Positions 26,620 through 37,409 are shown, counted from the stretch's first letter. The stretch is DNA of 64,000 bases from a virus (IMGVR_UViG_3300028888_000007:1-64000), one strand, 5' to 3'. A program made the numbers and translations. The notes: generated by a model not told the origin, from the letters alone.

Positions 26620-28116
26620 ATGCCACCAGTAATTTTACACAAAAACCCTGAACAGTATGATTCAATGGTAATTGGTCAGGGTCACTCTATCTTGGTTGGT
26701 AATTTGCCAGAACCCGTAGATGCTCAGGAGTTTAATGAGAAGTTCTATGAGTGGCATAAGCCAACTCAGGAGTCAATTCAACAGCTTGGATTGTTTGGAG
26801 GTAATATTAATTACCATACATATTATCCAGAGCTCAAAGAGGAAGACTTAAAACCAAAGGAAGAAGAATTTATTGAACCAGTCTTTAGACTCTTGTCGGC
26901 AACCATAGTAAGTAAAAATTGGATGCCTACTGATTTTGGTCAAGGCGATGTTTTAAAGCGGTCCATTAAATTAATGCTTGGGCAAACTGTTAACTGCGAC
27001 CATGAAACTGATATCGGTAATGCCATTGGTGCCGTATCTAAAGTTATGTGGCAGGAAGCTTACAAGGATGGTAACATCTATGTACCTGCTGGTATGAACG
27101 GAGTACTTAAGATAGATGGTAAGGCAAATCCTCGTATTGCTAGGGGAATCCTGATGGAACCACCTTCTATTCACAGTAACTCTGTAACAGTACAATTCGC
27201 TTGGGACAAGTCTCACCCAGAAATGGATGATAACGAGTTCTGGGATAAGATTGGTACTTACGATTCTAAAGGTAACATGGTACGAAGGATAGTTACTAAT
27301 GTTGTACGCTACCTGGAAACCTCTCTTGTATCTCATGGTGCTGATTCGTATGCTCAGAAGATTGGAGCTGATGGTAAGATAGTTAATCCTGGTTTTGCTA
27401 ACAGAACTTGGAATAGTTACTCTGAATATCAGAAAGAGTCACCAAAAGTGTATTCTTTCCAAGATTCTAAAGAGTTGGGTAAACAAGATGAAAACCTTGA
27501 CGATACTCTACATTTAGATAATAAGGATCCGAAAAATAGTGAACCAAAAAATAATTCGAAAATGAATCAGGAATTAAAAGAATTTCTCGAAAAGCTTTTT
27601 GGTGAGAATATGCTTCAGCTTGGTGAAGGTCAGGAAGCTAGCGTTGAACTTGCCCTCCAGTTGGTAGGTACCGCTGTAAAAAACCTGGCTTCTCTCAAGG
27701 ATCAGCTTACCACCAAAGACAATGAGATTACGTCTCTTCAGGCAGAAGTTGCCAAGAAGGACACAGAGATTGCCAACCTGAATGAGATGGCTACTGTAGG
27801 TAAGAATCACATTGCTTCTCTCCGTGAGAGCACTGTTGCTACTTATAAGAAGCTTGCAGGTGAGCATGTAGATGAAACCATCGTTACGATGATCAATGCT
27901 GAGACCACAGGCCTTCAGACCCTTCTCTCTTTGAAGAAGGATTATGAGGCCCGTTTGGAGGAGAAGTTCCCTCTCCATTGTGCTAAGTGTGGTTCTCATG
28001 ACATCAATCGTGCATCTTCGGCCGAGGAGAAACACGATGAAACCACTAAGAATCAGGAGCAGCTTGGAGATACTAAGTCAGCCCTTGATAAGCTGTATCG
28101 AAACAAAATTTCATAA
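26620..28116 (+). CDS. Prohead protease fused to scaffolding domain
   Basis: VNCDHET...IGAV, ETSLVSHGAD protease-like motifs; coiled-coil C-terminus; position before the capsid genes. Confidence 0.75.
   Translation: MPPVILHKNPEQYDSMVIGQGHSILVGNLPEPVDAQEFNEKFYEWHKPTQESIQQLGLFGGNINYHTYYPELKEEDLKPKEEEFIEPVFRLLSATIVSKNWMPTDFGQGDVLKRSIKLMLGQTVNCDHETDIGNAIGAVSKVMWQEAYKDGNIYVPAGMNGVLKIDGKANPRIARGILMEPPSIHSNSVTVQFAWDKSHPEMDDNEFWDKIGTYDSKGNMVRRIVTNVVRYLETSLVSHGADSYAQKIGADGKIVNPGFANRTWNSYSEYQKESPKVYSFQDSKELGKQDENLDDTLHLDNKDPKNSEPKNNSKMNQELKEFLEKLFGENMLQLGEGQEASVELALQLVGTAVKNLASLKDQLTTKDNEITSLQAEVAKKDTEIANLNEMATVGKNHIASLRESTVATYKKLAGEHVDETIVTMINAETTGLQTLLSLKKDYEARLEEKFPLHCAKCGSHDINRASSAEEKHDETTKNQEQLGDTKSALDKLYRNKIS
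27500..27528 (+). promoter_or_regulatory. Candidate late promoter (internal)
   Basis: ACGATACTCTA-N10-ATAAGGAT, matching 41805-41834. Confidence 0.45.
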
Positions 28117-28138
28117 ATAATTAAAAATAGGAAACAAT

Positions 28139-28657
28139 ATGGATATTATGAGCACTCGAGAGGGTAAACTTACTCTCTATGGTCAGAAGACTCCACGGGT
28201 TTCGATCTATAAGCACGAATCCCACAAACTTCATCAGGCATTCAATGTAAAAGAAGGTGCTACCATTGTTCAGGGTATGCCTGTTGCATTAACTAAAGAA
28301 GGTGCTGCTAACCTTCCTGTAATTGAACCTTATACCGGTACTGGAGTATATCTAGGTATTGCCGTTACTGATTCTGTAACTCCTGCTTATGCTGGTCAGC
28401 GTGCTTACCCAAAGGAGGTAACTGTAGCAGTAGAAGGATTTGCTATCTGCCACTATGCAGCTGCTGCTGCTATCTTTCCTGGTTGGGTAAAGCCTAAGCT
28501 TACCTCTGGTGCTGTAACGGTTATGGATAATCGTTATACTGCTGTTGAACAGTCAGAGTCTTCTGGTTCTCCAGTTGAGAGTAACTTTATTGCTTTGGCT
28601 CCTGCTTCTGCTCCTGCAAGCGGTGCTTATGAGTTGGTACCTGTTCTCGTACGTTAA
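28139..28657 (+). CDS. Head decoration/minor capsid protein
   Basis: Between scaffold and major capsid; beta-rich; highly biased codons. Confidence 0.6.
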   Translation: MDIMSTREGKLTLYGQKTPRVSIYKHESHKLHQAFNVKEGATIVQGMPVALTKEGAANLPVIEPYTGTGVYLGIAVTDSVTPAYAGQRAYPKEVTVAVEGFAICHYAAAAAIFPGWVKPKLTSGAVTVMDNRYTAVEQSESSGSPVESNFIALAPASAPASGAYELVPVLVR

Positions 28658-28680
28658 ATTAAAATTATTGAATAAATAAT

Positions 28681-29799
28681 ATGGAAACAAAAATTGATAT
28701 CACCAAGATGCAGGCCGAAGACTTCAAGAAGGAGTTTAAGAGTATGGTCCTCTCCCTAGAGAGTGTACGTGCCGGAGGCCAGAACAAGAAACCAGTAGAC
28801 ATTTCCTTTGAGGAACTGGTGCAGGGTAAGTGGGGTATCTCTCTTGCAACTCTGTTTGAGAAGATCGATATGAACCCCAAAGTTGACACGATGCAGAATA
28901 TCTTCGATATGCCTAACCAGGATATTCGTTGGATTGTCCCTGAGATCATCCGTGCTGCCATCACCACAGGTATGCGTGAGGCTCCGTTCTATCCAACTAT
29001 TATTCAGGGAGATCAGCCCATCAACGGTTTGACCGCAATTCAGCCGTGGGTGAACATGTCGGATGCTGCTCCTGCTAAGATTAACGAGGCTGAGACAATT
29101 CCTCTTGGTACCGTTTCGTTCGGTCAGAAGAGTGTTACCCTCTTTAAGATTGGTAAGGGATTCAAGCTCACCGACGAGGTTCGTAACTACGTTTCTATCG
29201 ACATCCTCGGTATCTACCTGCGTGACTTCGGTATTCAGCTGGGTTATGCTCTGGATACTCTGGCTCTGGATACTCTTCTCCTTGGTAACAAGGCTGATGG
29301 TTCAGAGGCTGCCGATGTAGTTGGTGTAACTACGGCTAATACCCTTACTTATAAGGATATGCTCCGTATCTGGATCCGTGGTGCACGTATCGGACGTAAC
29401 TTCACCACAATGATTTCCGCTGAGGATATCGCTCTGAGTCTCCTTGATCTGCCTGAGTTCAAGCAGCGCAGCCAGGGTACTACAGAGGCAACCTTGAATC
29501 TCCATACTCCTGTGCCCAACACAGCTGATATGTGGATCCATCCGGGAGTTCCTGCAAACGACATCGTGATGATTGATCCTCGTGCTGCTCTGGTTAAGCT
29601 GACTGCTAAGCAGTTGATGCTTGAGTCTGAGCGCATCGTTTCGAACCAGACAGAGGCTGTCTATGCAACCCTGACCACTGGCTTCTCCAAGATCTATAAC
29701 GATTCAGTTCTCGTACTCGATACGACCAAGGCCTTCGCAAGCTATGGATTCCCCGAGTATATGAACAAGGATCCTTACATGCTGGTGAACCTCGAGTAA
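28681..29799 (+). CDS. Major capsid protein (HK97 fold inferred)
   Basis: Position, 372 aa, strong codon bias, AETIP...K.G pattern. Confidence 0.85.
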   Translation: METKIDITKMQAEDFKKEFKSMVLSLESVRAGGQNKKPVDISFEELVQGKWGISLATLFEKIDMNPKVDTMQNIFDMPNQDIRWIVPEIIRAAITTGMREAPFYPTIIQGDQPINGLTAIQPWVNMSDAAPAKINEAETIPLGTVSFGQKSVTLFKIGKGFKLTDEVRNYVSIDILGIYLRDFGIQLGYALDTLALDTLLLGNKADGSEAADVVGVTTANTLTYKDMLRIWIRGARIGRNFTTMISAEDIALSLLDLPEFKQRSQGTTEATLNLHTPVPNTADMWIHPGVPANDIVMIDPRAALVKLTAKQLMLESERIVSNQTEAVYATLTTGFSKIYNDSVLVLDTTKAFASYGFPEYMNKDPYMLVNLE

Positions 29800-29902
29800 A
29801 AACGTTTTGGATCATTTGAGAGGGAGCCGGCCCCATTCTAAAGGTCTACCGCTCACCTCTCTCTTGGTCCGTTTAACCACCTAAACAATAGGAGAAAATA
29901 TT

Positions 29903-30289
29903 ATGCCAAAATTTATCACATTAGGTCCCAAAGCTAATGGCTTTTTCGACCAGACAACGGGTATCACCATTGCACGTGGTGAGAAAGTAGAGATTAACGA
30001 TCGTCAGTTGAGATCACGTCGTATTGCTATGGCTCTCAATTCAGGTCATCTGGTATTCGCTCAGCCTGATCAGGAAGTTAAGAAGGAGAAGGAAATAGAC
30101 CTTCAGAAGCTTGACAAGAAGTTGAAGGCTCAGTATGAAAAGGGTGTAACCCTGGACAAGATGTCTAAGGATATTACGATGGATCAGGCTAAAGCTTTGG
30201 CTGAAACCCACGAAATTGAAGTTGCCGAAGGTGACACTGTAAAGGATATCATTGAGGCAATCATCGAAGACTTTAAAGAAGAGAAGTAA
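29903..30289 (+). CDS. Head-associated hypothetical protein
   Basis: ORF track; position. Confidence 0.65.
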   Translation: MPKFITLGPKANGFFDQTTGITIARGEKVEINDRQLRSRRIAMALNSGHLVFAQPDQEVKKEKEIDLQKLDKKLKAQYEKGVTLDKMSKDITMDQAKALAETHEIEVAEGDTVKDIIEAIIEDFKEEK

Positions 30290-30292
30290 AAT

Positions 30293-31189
30293 ATGAACCT
30301 AGCTTTCGTATATGTTGCGAAAGGCTTGGAAGTTTCTTTTAAGGTACTGAACAAAGTCCCAGCCGATGCAACAGTTGGCTGGGACTTTGGTGTTGTTGGA
30401 GGAGAAAGTTCAGAACTTAATCCTACCTTCACCTATGAAAGTCCTGGCTATTACACCGCAACACTTACAGTCACTGAGCATCCTGTAGGAGGAGAACCAG
30501 TAGTTTCAGAAGTATCACAGATCCTATTAGTTTCTGATGGAGATGTGAAAACTCATCTGAATGACTCCATATATAACCTCATTGACTTATATGTACCTGC
30601 TAACTTGGTAGATGATGGTATGACTTTGCAACAGAAGACAACCTTCATTCAAAAGTGGCAATTATATTTAGGTCCTCTAGTGAATCATTGTATTCCTATA
30701 GAAGAATATACTAATGAACTTTACTATGAAGGACTAGAAAACCAGCTGGTAATGGAATTGGCAGTGTGGGATTTTCTTAATATGCAGATTGTTTCCTTAC
30801 TTACAGGAACTGGGCAATATATTGATTCCCTTACTTACCAATCCACTAATGTTCATGGTGAAGGTGAGGAAGAAGAACCAACTGGTGATGATCAGGCTAC
30901 TGCGGGTAGAGTAAAGAGAATTCAGACTGGTCCAACAGAGGTAGAATACTTCGATGAACTATCTGATTCACTTTCAACCTTGTACAAGGCCTATTCAGAA
31001 GCTCTTAAACCTAACGGTATTATAGATGTCCTTCGGCAAAACCTTTGTAATCTAGCTTCTAGATTACGTATCTTCCTACCTATGTGTGACAATGCTTATA
31101 AACCTGTTAAGGTACCAAGAGTTGTTAATCGTAGACATCCAAAAGGTATAGATGGTCCCAATCCACCTACAATTTTAACTCATGGGTAA
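30293..31189 (+). CDS. PKD-domain head-tail adaptor-like protein
   Basis: WDFG...NPTFTYESPGYYTATLTV is a PKD pattern. Confidence 0.65.
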   Translation: MNLAFVYVAKGLEVSFKVLNKVPADATVGWDFGVVGGESSELNPTFTYESPGYYTATLTVTEHPVGGEPVVSEVSQILLVSDGDVKTHLNDSIYNLIDLYVPANLVDDGMTLQQKTTFIQKWQLYLGPLVNHCIPIEEYTNELYYEGLENQLVMELAVWDFLNMQIVSLLTGTGQYIDSLTYQSTNVHGEGEEEEPTGDDQATAGRVKRIQTGPTEVEYFDELSDSLSTLYKAYSEALKPNGIIDVLRQNLCNLASRLRIFLPMCDNAYKPVKVPRVVNRRHPKGIDGPNPPTILTHG

Positions 31190-31740
31190 TGGCAACTAAA
31201 AAGCGTTCAAGATATGTTAGGAATGCTGATTGGGATAGGTATAAACATGTTGTTCAGAAATTTCTCGAGGATGATTCTGGTAGACAAACTATAGGTTGGT
31301 GTAGGCATATAGATCAGATGCTTCTTATGGGAGAAGATAAAGCTCCTAAGTATACTTTGGTATTGATAGAAGCTCTCTGTTACTATAATGCTTTTAGAAA
31401 CTGGCCTATCAATAAAGCTACAGTTTCTGGAGAATTAGATGATGAGAATTTAGTTATCTTAATCCCAAAATCAGCCATCACCAAATATCTTAATCCCAAT
31501 GGCTATCTAAGATTTAACTGGTCTGAAGATAGGTTTATTATTAATGGTATTCCGTATAAACCAGATGGAGATACTGAAGTAGCTCAAGCTAAAGATGAAC
31601 CCATTGTATTTCAGATCATACTAAAACGTGATAGGGATACAGTTATAGATGCTTCTAGTTTTGATAACTCTTTTGCTGATATCAACAGTATACCTTTTCA
31701 TGATATTAACAGTGTTTTATTTTTAGGAAAAAATTCATAA
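31189..31740 (+). CDS. Head closure/neck-like protein
   Basis: Position; GELDDEN pattern; function inferred. Confidence 0.5.
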   Translation: MATKKRSRYVRNADWDRYKHVVQKFLEDDSGRQTIGWCRHIDQMLLMGEDKAPKYTLVLIEALCYYNAFRNWPINKATVSGELDDENLVILIPKSAITKYLNPNGYLRFNWSEDRFIINGIPYKPDGDTEVAQAKDEPIVFQIILKRDRDTVIDASSFDNSFADINSIPFHDINSVLFLGKNS

Positions 31741-31743
31741 ACT

Positions 31744-34365
31744 ATGTACAACAGTCAATATTATACTTGTGAACAGATAGACCAGAGACTTCTTCAGGGT
31801 TATCTGGATGATTACAATTCACAAAATAACACTAATTTAACTAAAGCTGAGTTCCTTGCTTTACTTTTTAATACCTTAGGTCGTAACAGCACTGTGGATA
31901 ACCTTGTAACTCAAATAGGTTATTATGAGTGTGATACCGCAGTAGGGACGGCCGCTAAGGTTCTTTCGGTTGCTAATTATGCTCTGTTTGCCGGTGGAGC
32001 CCTGAAGGTGAAATTTGTAAACAAGAACACAGCTAATAACGCTACTCTTAACATTAATAGCCAAGGAGCTAAGGCTTTATATTATCAAGGTGAAAGAGCT
32101 TCTGCTACCAATTCTTGGGATGACAATGAGGTGGTAGAGATTTATTACGATGGTACAAGCTATTATGCCAATAATATAAAGGGTGGCTCTGGTTCTGGTG
32201 TGTATGACGTCAGTAAGGAACATCCTACCAGTGGGCCTAATGGTGATGGTAAATTTACTCTTGAATACATCCTTAATTCGAGTAATGTAAATGAACTCAT
32301 CCCAATCAACAAAAGAGAGCCCGGAATGACTATCCAATTTGTATCTACTTCTGACAATAAGTATGTGCAGTATAGACTAATGTCTAAAACTTGGAGTACT
32401 AATATTTCTAATTGGCAAGGAGTTGATGCGGAGCCTGTTGCTGGAAGCAAGAATTTAGTTGAAAGCAGTGGAGTTAAACAACAAATAGCAAAAATAAATT
32501 ATGGAGGTAATGTTTTTGCATGGGATGACCTATCAATAAATTCAGAATACATTCTTTATTCCACAGGGAATAAAACACAATCTGCTGCTGGAATGTTTAA
32601 GCATGTCAATAAGGCGTTTTATGTAACACAAAGAACCTATATCAGATATAAAATTTATGGTCAGGGTGGTGCTGATATCGCTCTGATTGCCATATATGAT
32701 GTTAATAACACTTATAAACAAGAGCAATCCGTAAAACCTTCTTCGTCAAGTGGTTTTGTTGAGGGAGAACTGACAATTCAACAAGATGGACATATAGAAA
32801 TATCATTTAATGAAACTTCTCTTAACGCAGGCATTCCGCTTAATTCATATTTCTACTTTGATGCTGATTATATAAAGCAGGATGAAATACAAAAAAATAA
32901 TGTCACAAAAAGAATAGACAGTGATAGAGATAATATTACGCTTTCTGATTCTGTATATTATAACGTGTATCAAAACGAAAGTGTAACTAATGCCCGCATA
33001 TCCAACGCAGAAACAGGAGCAATAACAAATGATGCATCGTGGAGATTGACAGGGTATGTATCATTAAAAACCAAACCAGTTTCCTTTATTTTATTGATTT
33101 GTAACAACGAAGACAATGTGAGAATCGCGTATTATGATAAAGACAAACAATATATTGGATGTTACCAGCCACTCAACAATCAAGGACCAACAAATGGTCG
33201 TGTGATACCTATCTATGATATACCAAGTAATGCTTATTATTTAAGACATTGCTATCCTAATTTTGGTGCCAGAGGATGTTTGATGTATTTCAAAAATACA
33301 ACTTCTATATGTAGAGATGTTGTTTTTGATATGTCAATAAATATTGGGTCATTATCTGTTGTAACAAATGGGCATTTGCAGAGTAATGGTATAAATACTG
33401 GTATGAGTACTTATAAAACGACAATGTGGATAAAAGTCCCACAAAATTATACAATCGTAGTCAATGGATATGATTCCCTTGGTGCTCCACTTGCAATTAA
33501 AGAGTATAGATTTGTCAATTCTTGTTCTTGGGGACCACTAACTTCGGCAAATGATGAAAGTGTTATTTGCCTCACGGCTTCAGAAAGTGACATGTATTTT
33601 ATTTGCGAACTTGGAGGCGAAAGCAAAGATACTTATGTTCCAAAGTATAGTTCTCCAGAAATTAGAATATATAAAGAATCACCATTTGTCAAGCCACACA
33701 ATAAAACCATAGAACGGAATCTTAATTATGATATCCCGATAATCTATAAAGAAGGTCTAAAGGCTTTATTCGCTAATGTATTGTGTATTGGTGATAGTAT
33801 TACAGAAGGTGTTCTTGCAACAGGAACTACTGGAAATAGATTACCTTATCCATCTGTATTGTCAGAGATTACATCATGGAATGTAACAAATGCAGGTTCT
33901 GCATCAAAGACGGCTGTTAGTTGGGTAAGTAATTATCTCAATACTTACGACTATTCTGCATACGATGCCTTTATTATATATTTTGGCACGAATGATACAA
34001 TTAATAACACATTGAGTGGTGATTTTGATGGAGATACAAACTATTCTTCTCCTGATGATTATGCTGCTACAACAGAAGGACAGTACGCACGATTGGTCGA
34101 AACAATATTAACACAAAATCTAAATTCCAAGATATTCTTATTGCGTGGTGGGTACTCATGTAATTATATGAATATATGTATAAAGAAGTTGAATGAGAAA
34201 TACAGCAATACATACATTCTTGATGTGTATAATGCTTGGGATTCGATTTGGCTGAGAAATCCAATATATCATTCTTCTAACGATAAGGTTCATTTCAACC
34301 AACTTGGATATTGTGTTTTCGCTTCAAAAGTGTTTGATTTGTTGGCAAAGTCATTAGTTGAATAA
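31744..34365 (+). CDS. Modular virion-associated protein with C-terminal SGNH/GDSL hydrolase
   Basis: IGDSITEG, NAG, GTND and DKVH catalytic blocks; GVDAEPVAGSKNLVESSGV linker; repeated beta modules. Confidence 0.75.
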   Translation: MYNSQYYTCEQIDQRLLQGYLDDYNSQNNTNLTKAEFLALLFNTLGRNSTVDNLVTQIGYYECDTAVGTAAKVLSVANYALFAGGALKVKFVNKNTANNATLNINSQGAKALYYQGERASATNSWDDNEVVEIYYDGTSYYANNIKGGSGSGVYDVSKEHPTSGPNGDGKFTLEYILNSSNVNELIPINKREPGMTIQFVSTSDNKYVQYRLMSKTWSTNISNWQGVDAEPVAGSKNLVESSGVKQQIAKINYGGNVFAWDDLSINSEYILYSTGNKTQSAAGMFKHVNKAFYVTQRTYIRYKIYGQGGADIALIAIYDVNNTYKQEQSVKPSSSSGFVEGELTIQQDGHIEISFNETSLNAGIPLNSYFYFDADYIKQDEIQKNNVTKRIDSDRDNITLSDSVYYNVYQNESVTNARISNAETGAITNDASWRLTGYVSLKTKPVSFILLICNNEDNVRIAYYDKDKQYIGCYQPLNNQGPTNGRVIPIYDIPSNAYYLRHCYPNFGARGCLMYFKNTTSICRDVVFDMSINIGSLSVVTNGHLQSNGINTGMSTYKTTMWIKVPQNYTIVVNGYDSLGAPLAIKEYRFVNSCSWGPLTSANDESVICLTASESDMYFICELGGESKDTYVPKYSSPEIRIYKESPFVKPHNKTIERNLNYDIPIIYKEGLKALFANVLCIGDSITEGVLATGTTGNRLPYPSVLSEITSWNVTNAGSASKTAVSWVSNYLNTYDYSAYDAFIIYFGTNDTINNTLSGDFDGDTNYSSPDDYAATTEGQYARLVETILTQNLNSKIFLLRGGYSCNYMNICIKKLNEKYSNTYILDVYNAWDSIWLRNPIYHSSNDKVHFNQLGYCVFASKVFDLLAKSLVE

Positions 34366-34398
34366 CTACATAGTTATTGTAAAAAGTATATACAAAAG

Positions 34399-34426
34399 AA
34401 AGGCAGCCACTTCTGTGGCTGCCTTT
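34399..34426. terminator. Intrinsic terminator, possibly bidirectional
   Basis: AAAGGCAGCCAC-ttct-GTGGCTGCCTTT. Confidence 0.8.
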
Positions 34427-34458
34427 ACAAAGATTAAATAATAAATAATTGAAAAGTT

Positions 34459-34833
34459 ATGGATACATTTGCAATGCCTATTGGCGGTAAGATGGTACTT
34501 AGAAGTACTGGTGAAGAAGTTGAGATTATTGATTCTCAGTTTGGAGAAAGAGGTGCTCGTACTGATGAAGACTGGGTTACTTATATTGACTCTAACGGCA
34601 AAGAACATATCAAGGAGCATCTTAATATTCAGCTTGATTTTAAGACTGTAGTGAACGATGCTTTCAACAAAGTGTTTGACTTTGCTACAAATAAAATGCC
34701 TACTACAAGAAATAGTAGGATATTTGAGGTGGCTAAAGCACTTTACCTTGACAATGAAAGAGATTATTCTATAGAAGATGCTGTTCAGGTAGCTACCAAG
34801 TTGGTTGATGAAGTTGGTGTTGAGACGGAGTAA
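34459..34833 (+). CDS. Hypothetical protein
   Basis: ORF track; flanked by terminators. Confidence 0.7.
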   Translation: MDTFAMPIGGKMVLRSTGEEVEIIDSQFGERGARTDEDWVTYIDSNGKEHIKEHLNIQLDFKTVVNDAFNKVFDFATNKMPTTRNSRIFEVAKALYLDNERDYSIEDAVQVATKLVDEVGVETE

Positions 34834-35056
34834 AACTGGATGATTTCTACCGGCATGCCTGCTCTTCATCAATAAGTAGGTACATAATGAGTGTAGATAG
34901 TTGAATCTGTCTACACTCATTATGTTTTTTCTATCAGTTTAGTAGTATCTTTAATATTGAAACTTATGGTTAAACTATTGATATCAATGAAAACTGATCC
35001 TCCATAAGAAGAGGTAGGTTAGAACCCTATTTATTCACATATTAAATAGCCCTATA

Positions 35057-36100
35057 ATGGAACCATTTAATTTTTATAATAATGCTAAAAGGGAACACTT
35101 CAATGCAAGTTTTTCCGAGTATCTCAATTCGAGTAAGGACAATATGTTCGTATTGGACCTGAGTAACTGTACCATTATAGAGTGTATTAATAAGATGTGT
35201 GAAATAAAGGTAAGGTCACATCCAAGGATAATGTATAACTATCGAATGCTTGTCAGAAAGATTACTGATCTGGAGAAACAATTTGGTTGTACCATTATGC
35301 CAGCTATGATAAGCTCGGTATTTTGGAATCACTTTATACCATTCTTGGCTGATCAAGGTTTGAAGTACTCTACCATTAAGCATGTGAAGACTAGTTTGAT
35401 AACCGTATTGAATTGGTCTTCGAAATATGGTGTTAAATTGAACCCTAGCTACAGTGAGGTAGATATACCTAACTATATAGCTAGTAAGATATCACTTACA
35501 CCAGATGAGATTAGTCATATATACCATTTTAAAATAGGGGCAACTAAATCTTACTGCCCAAGGTTGAAAAAGGTAATTAAGATGAGGAGAAATAAGATTA
35601 AGACACTCGAAAAGGTAAGAGATATGTTTGTACTTGGTTGTAATCTTGGACAACGTTACTCTGACCTTGTAAGAATCACACCAGACAACTTTAAGAATGG
35701 TCAGTTCTCTATAGTACAACAGAAGACTGGTAACAAATGCTTTGTACCTATCAATAACTTAAGTATAGATGCAAGGATTACATTTGCCATCCTTAATAAG
35801 TATGGTTATCGTGCTCCTTACACTGGTGATATCAATAATTATAACTCCTACCTTCACGAGTTACTGCTACATATCGGAGAGGGTTTTCTCGAAGAGGTAC
35901 ATATCGATAATAAGATTAATGGAGTAATAACACGTGAAACCAAATTAAGGTATCAATTGATTTCATCTCATAGTGCAAGACGTTCATTCGCCACTATCAA
36001 TACTCTTAGAAATATTCCTCGTAATCAAATCTTAAGAGCTACAGGCCATTCTAGTGAACGAGCATTTAATAGATATATTTGTTATGAGGATGATAATTAA
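35057..36100 (+). CDS. Tyrosine recombinase/integrase
   Basis: GQRYSDL (R), SSHSARRSF (HxxR), TGHSS (H), RYI (Y); N-terminal SAM-like domain. Confidence 0.9.
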   Translation: MEPFNFYNNAKREHFNASFSEYLNSSKDNMFVLDLSNCTIIECINKMCEIKVRSHPRIMYNYRMLVRKITDLEKQFGCTIMPAMISSVFWNHFIPFLADQGLKYSTIKHVKTSLITVLNWSSKYGVKLNPSYSEVDIPNYIASKISLTPDEISHIYHFKIGATKSYCPRLKKVIKMRRNKIKTLEKVRDMFVLGCNLGQRYSDLVRITPDNFKNGQFSIVQQKTGNKCFVPINNLSIDARITFAILNKYGYRAPYTGDINNYNSYLHELLLHIGEGFLEEVHIDNKINGVITRETKLRYQLISSHSARRSFATINTLRNIPRNQILRATGHSSERAFNRYICYEDDN

Positions 36101-36365
36101 TTTTACTAGATATGACTTATGAAGAAGAACAGGAAAACTATTAAATCTCACAAGGCAAAATAACTTTTTACTCCGGCAAATATGGTCCCAACTCAATAGT
36201 CAAAAATACTTTTGATATTGATGTTTTGGCTAACTTATTTGCCGGATTTTTTAACAATAGATAGTACTTATACAAGACTCTTCGAATAATATAATGAATA
36301 TATTATATGAGAAAGGGCCCTTCTCATTTAGTTAACGTTATTTATTAATCATTAAAACAAAAATT

Positions 36366-37400
36366 ATGGCTTACTCAGAAAACCCTTCTAGGGTAATGGT
36401 GTTCCCTGATGGGAACTCCGGTAACGGTAACGTGCCAGCTTGGGTCCTTCCATTTATGGGTGGAAACTTTGGTAACAATGGTGGCTTATTCGGTGGTAAT
36501 AACGGTTGGGGAGGTGGAATCCTCGGCTTCCTACTTGGCCTGATGTTCGGTAATGGAGGTTTTGGTAACTTCTTCGGTGGGAACGGATGGAACAATGGGA
36601 ATGCCGGTGCAGGATTCCTCTCTAACCAAATCAACAATGACTCTGGTCGGGAATTGTTGATGAATGCTATTGTTTCTCAAGGCGAGCAGGCACGTACCGC
36701 TATTCAGACTTTGAGCACTATGCTCGGTCAGGATTTCAATCTGGTCAACGGAGCAGTTCAGACAATCCAGACAGCAATCAATCAGATTGCTAACAATCAG
36801 GGTCTGAATGCTATGCAGATCATCAACTCTATTCAGAATGGTACTTGTACTCTCGGTCGTCAGATCTGTGAGTGTTGTTGCAACATGCAGCAGACCTTCA
36901 ATCAGGGTGTTAATACTCTGGAGAATGGTATGCAGGCTGGTTTCAATGGCGTCACTCAGGGTATCAATGGTATTCAGAACCAGATGGCAATTAATCAGGG
37001 TCGTGAAGAGCTTGGTCGTTGCCAGCAGACTTACACTCTCACAGAGAACAATAATCAGGGTAATCAGAGAATCCTTGATAAGATTTGTGAAATGCAGACC
37101 CAGAATCTGCAGGATAAGCTGGAGAAAGTTCGTGATGAGAACACGGTACTCCGTGGAACCATTAACACAGAACGTCAGACCCAGCAGTTTGGTGCTATGC
37201 TGAGTCAGGTAATCGCTCCTATTCAGGCTCGTATGCAGGTACTGGATGACAAGATTGATGGTATTGCTGCTAAACAGCCTAACACTGTCCCTGTAGTTTA
37301 CCCTAATCTGGTAGCAGTTCAGCAGAACCCTTATTATGGTTGTGGCTGCGGTGGCTATAACTATGGAGGCTGCGGTTGTAATGATGGTTTCTTCGGTTAA
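36366..37400 (+). CDS. Gly/Asn-rich, Cys-cluster, coiled-coil protein of unknown function
   Basis: GN-rich N-terminus with GILGFLLGLMFG segment, CECCC, GCGCGG...GCGC tail. Confidence 0.8.
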   Translation: MAYSENPSRVMVFPDGNSGNGNVPAWVLPFMGGNFGNNGGLFGGNNGWGGGILGFLLGLMFGNGGFGNFFGGNGWNNGNAGAGFLSNQINNDSGRELLMNAIVSQGEQARTAIQTLSTMLGQDFNLVNGAVQTIQTAINQIANNQGLNAMQIINSIQNGTCTLGRQICECCCNMQQTFNQGVNTLENGMQAGFNGVTQGINGIQNQMAINQGREELGRCQQTYTLTENNNQGNQRILDKICEMQTQNLQDKLEKVRDENTVLRGTINTERQTQQFGAMLSQVIAPIQARMQVLDDKIDGIAAKQPNTVPVVYPNLVAVQQNPYYGCGCGGYNYGGCGCNDGFFG

Positions 37401-37409
37401 TTAAAAACA

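Noticed and set aside
35057-36100. Definite temperate lifestyle or attP assignment
   Set aside because: No repressor, att duplication or host junction is visible in this window
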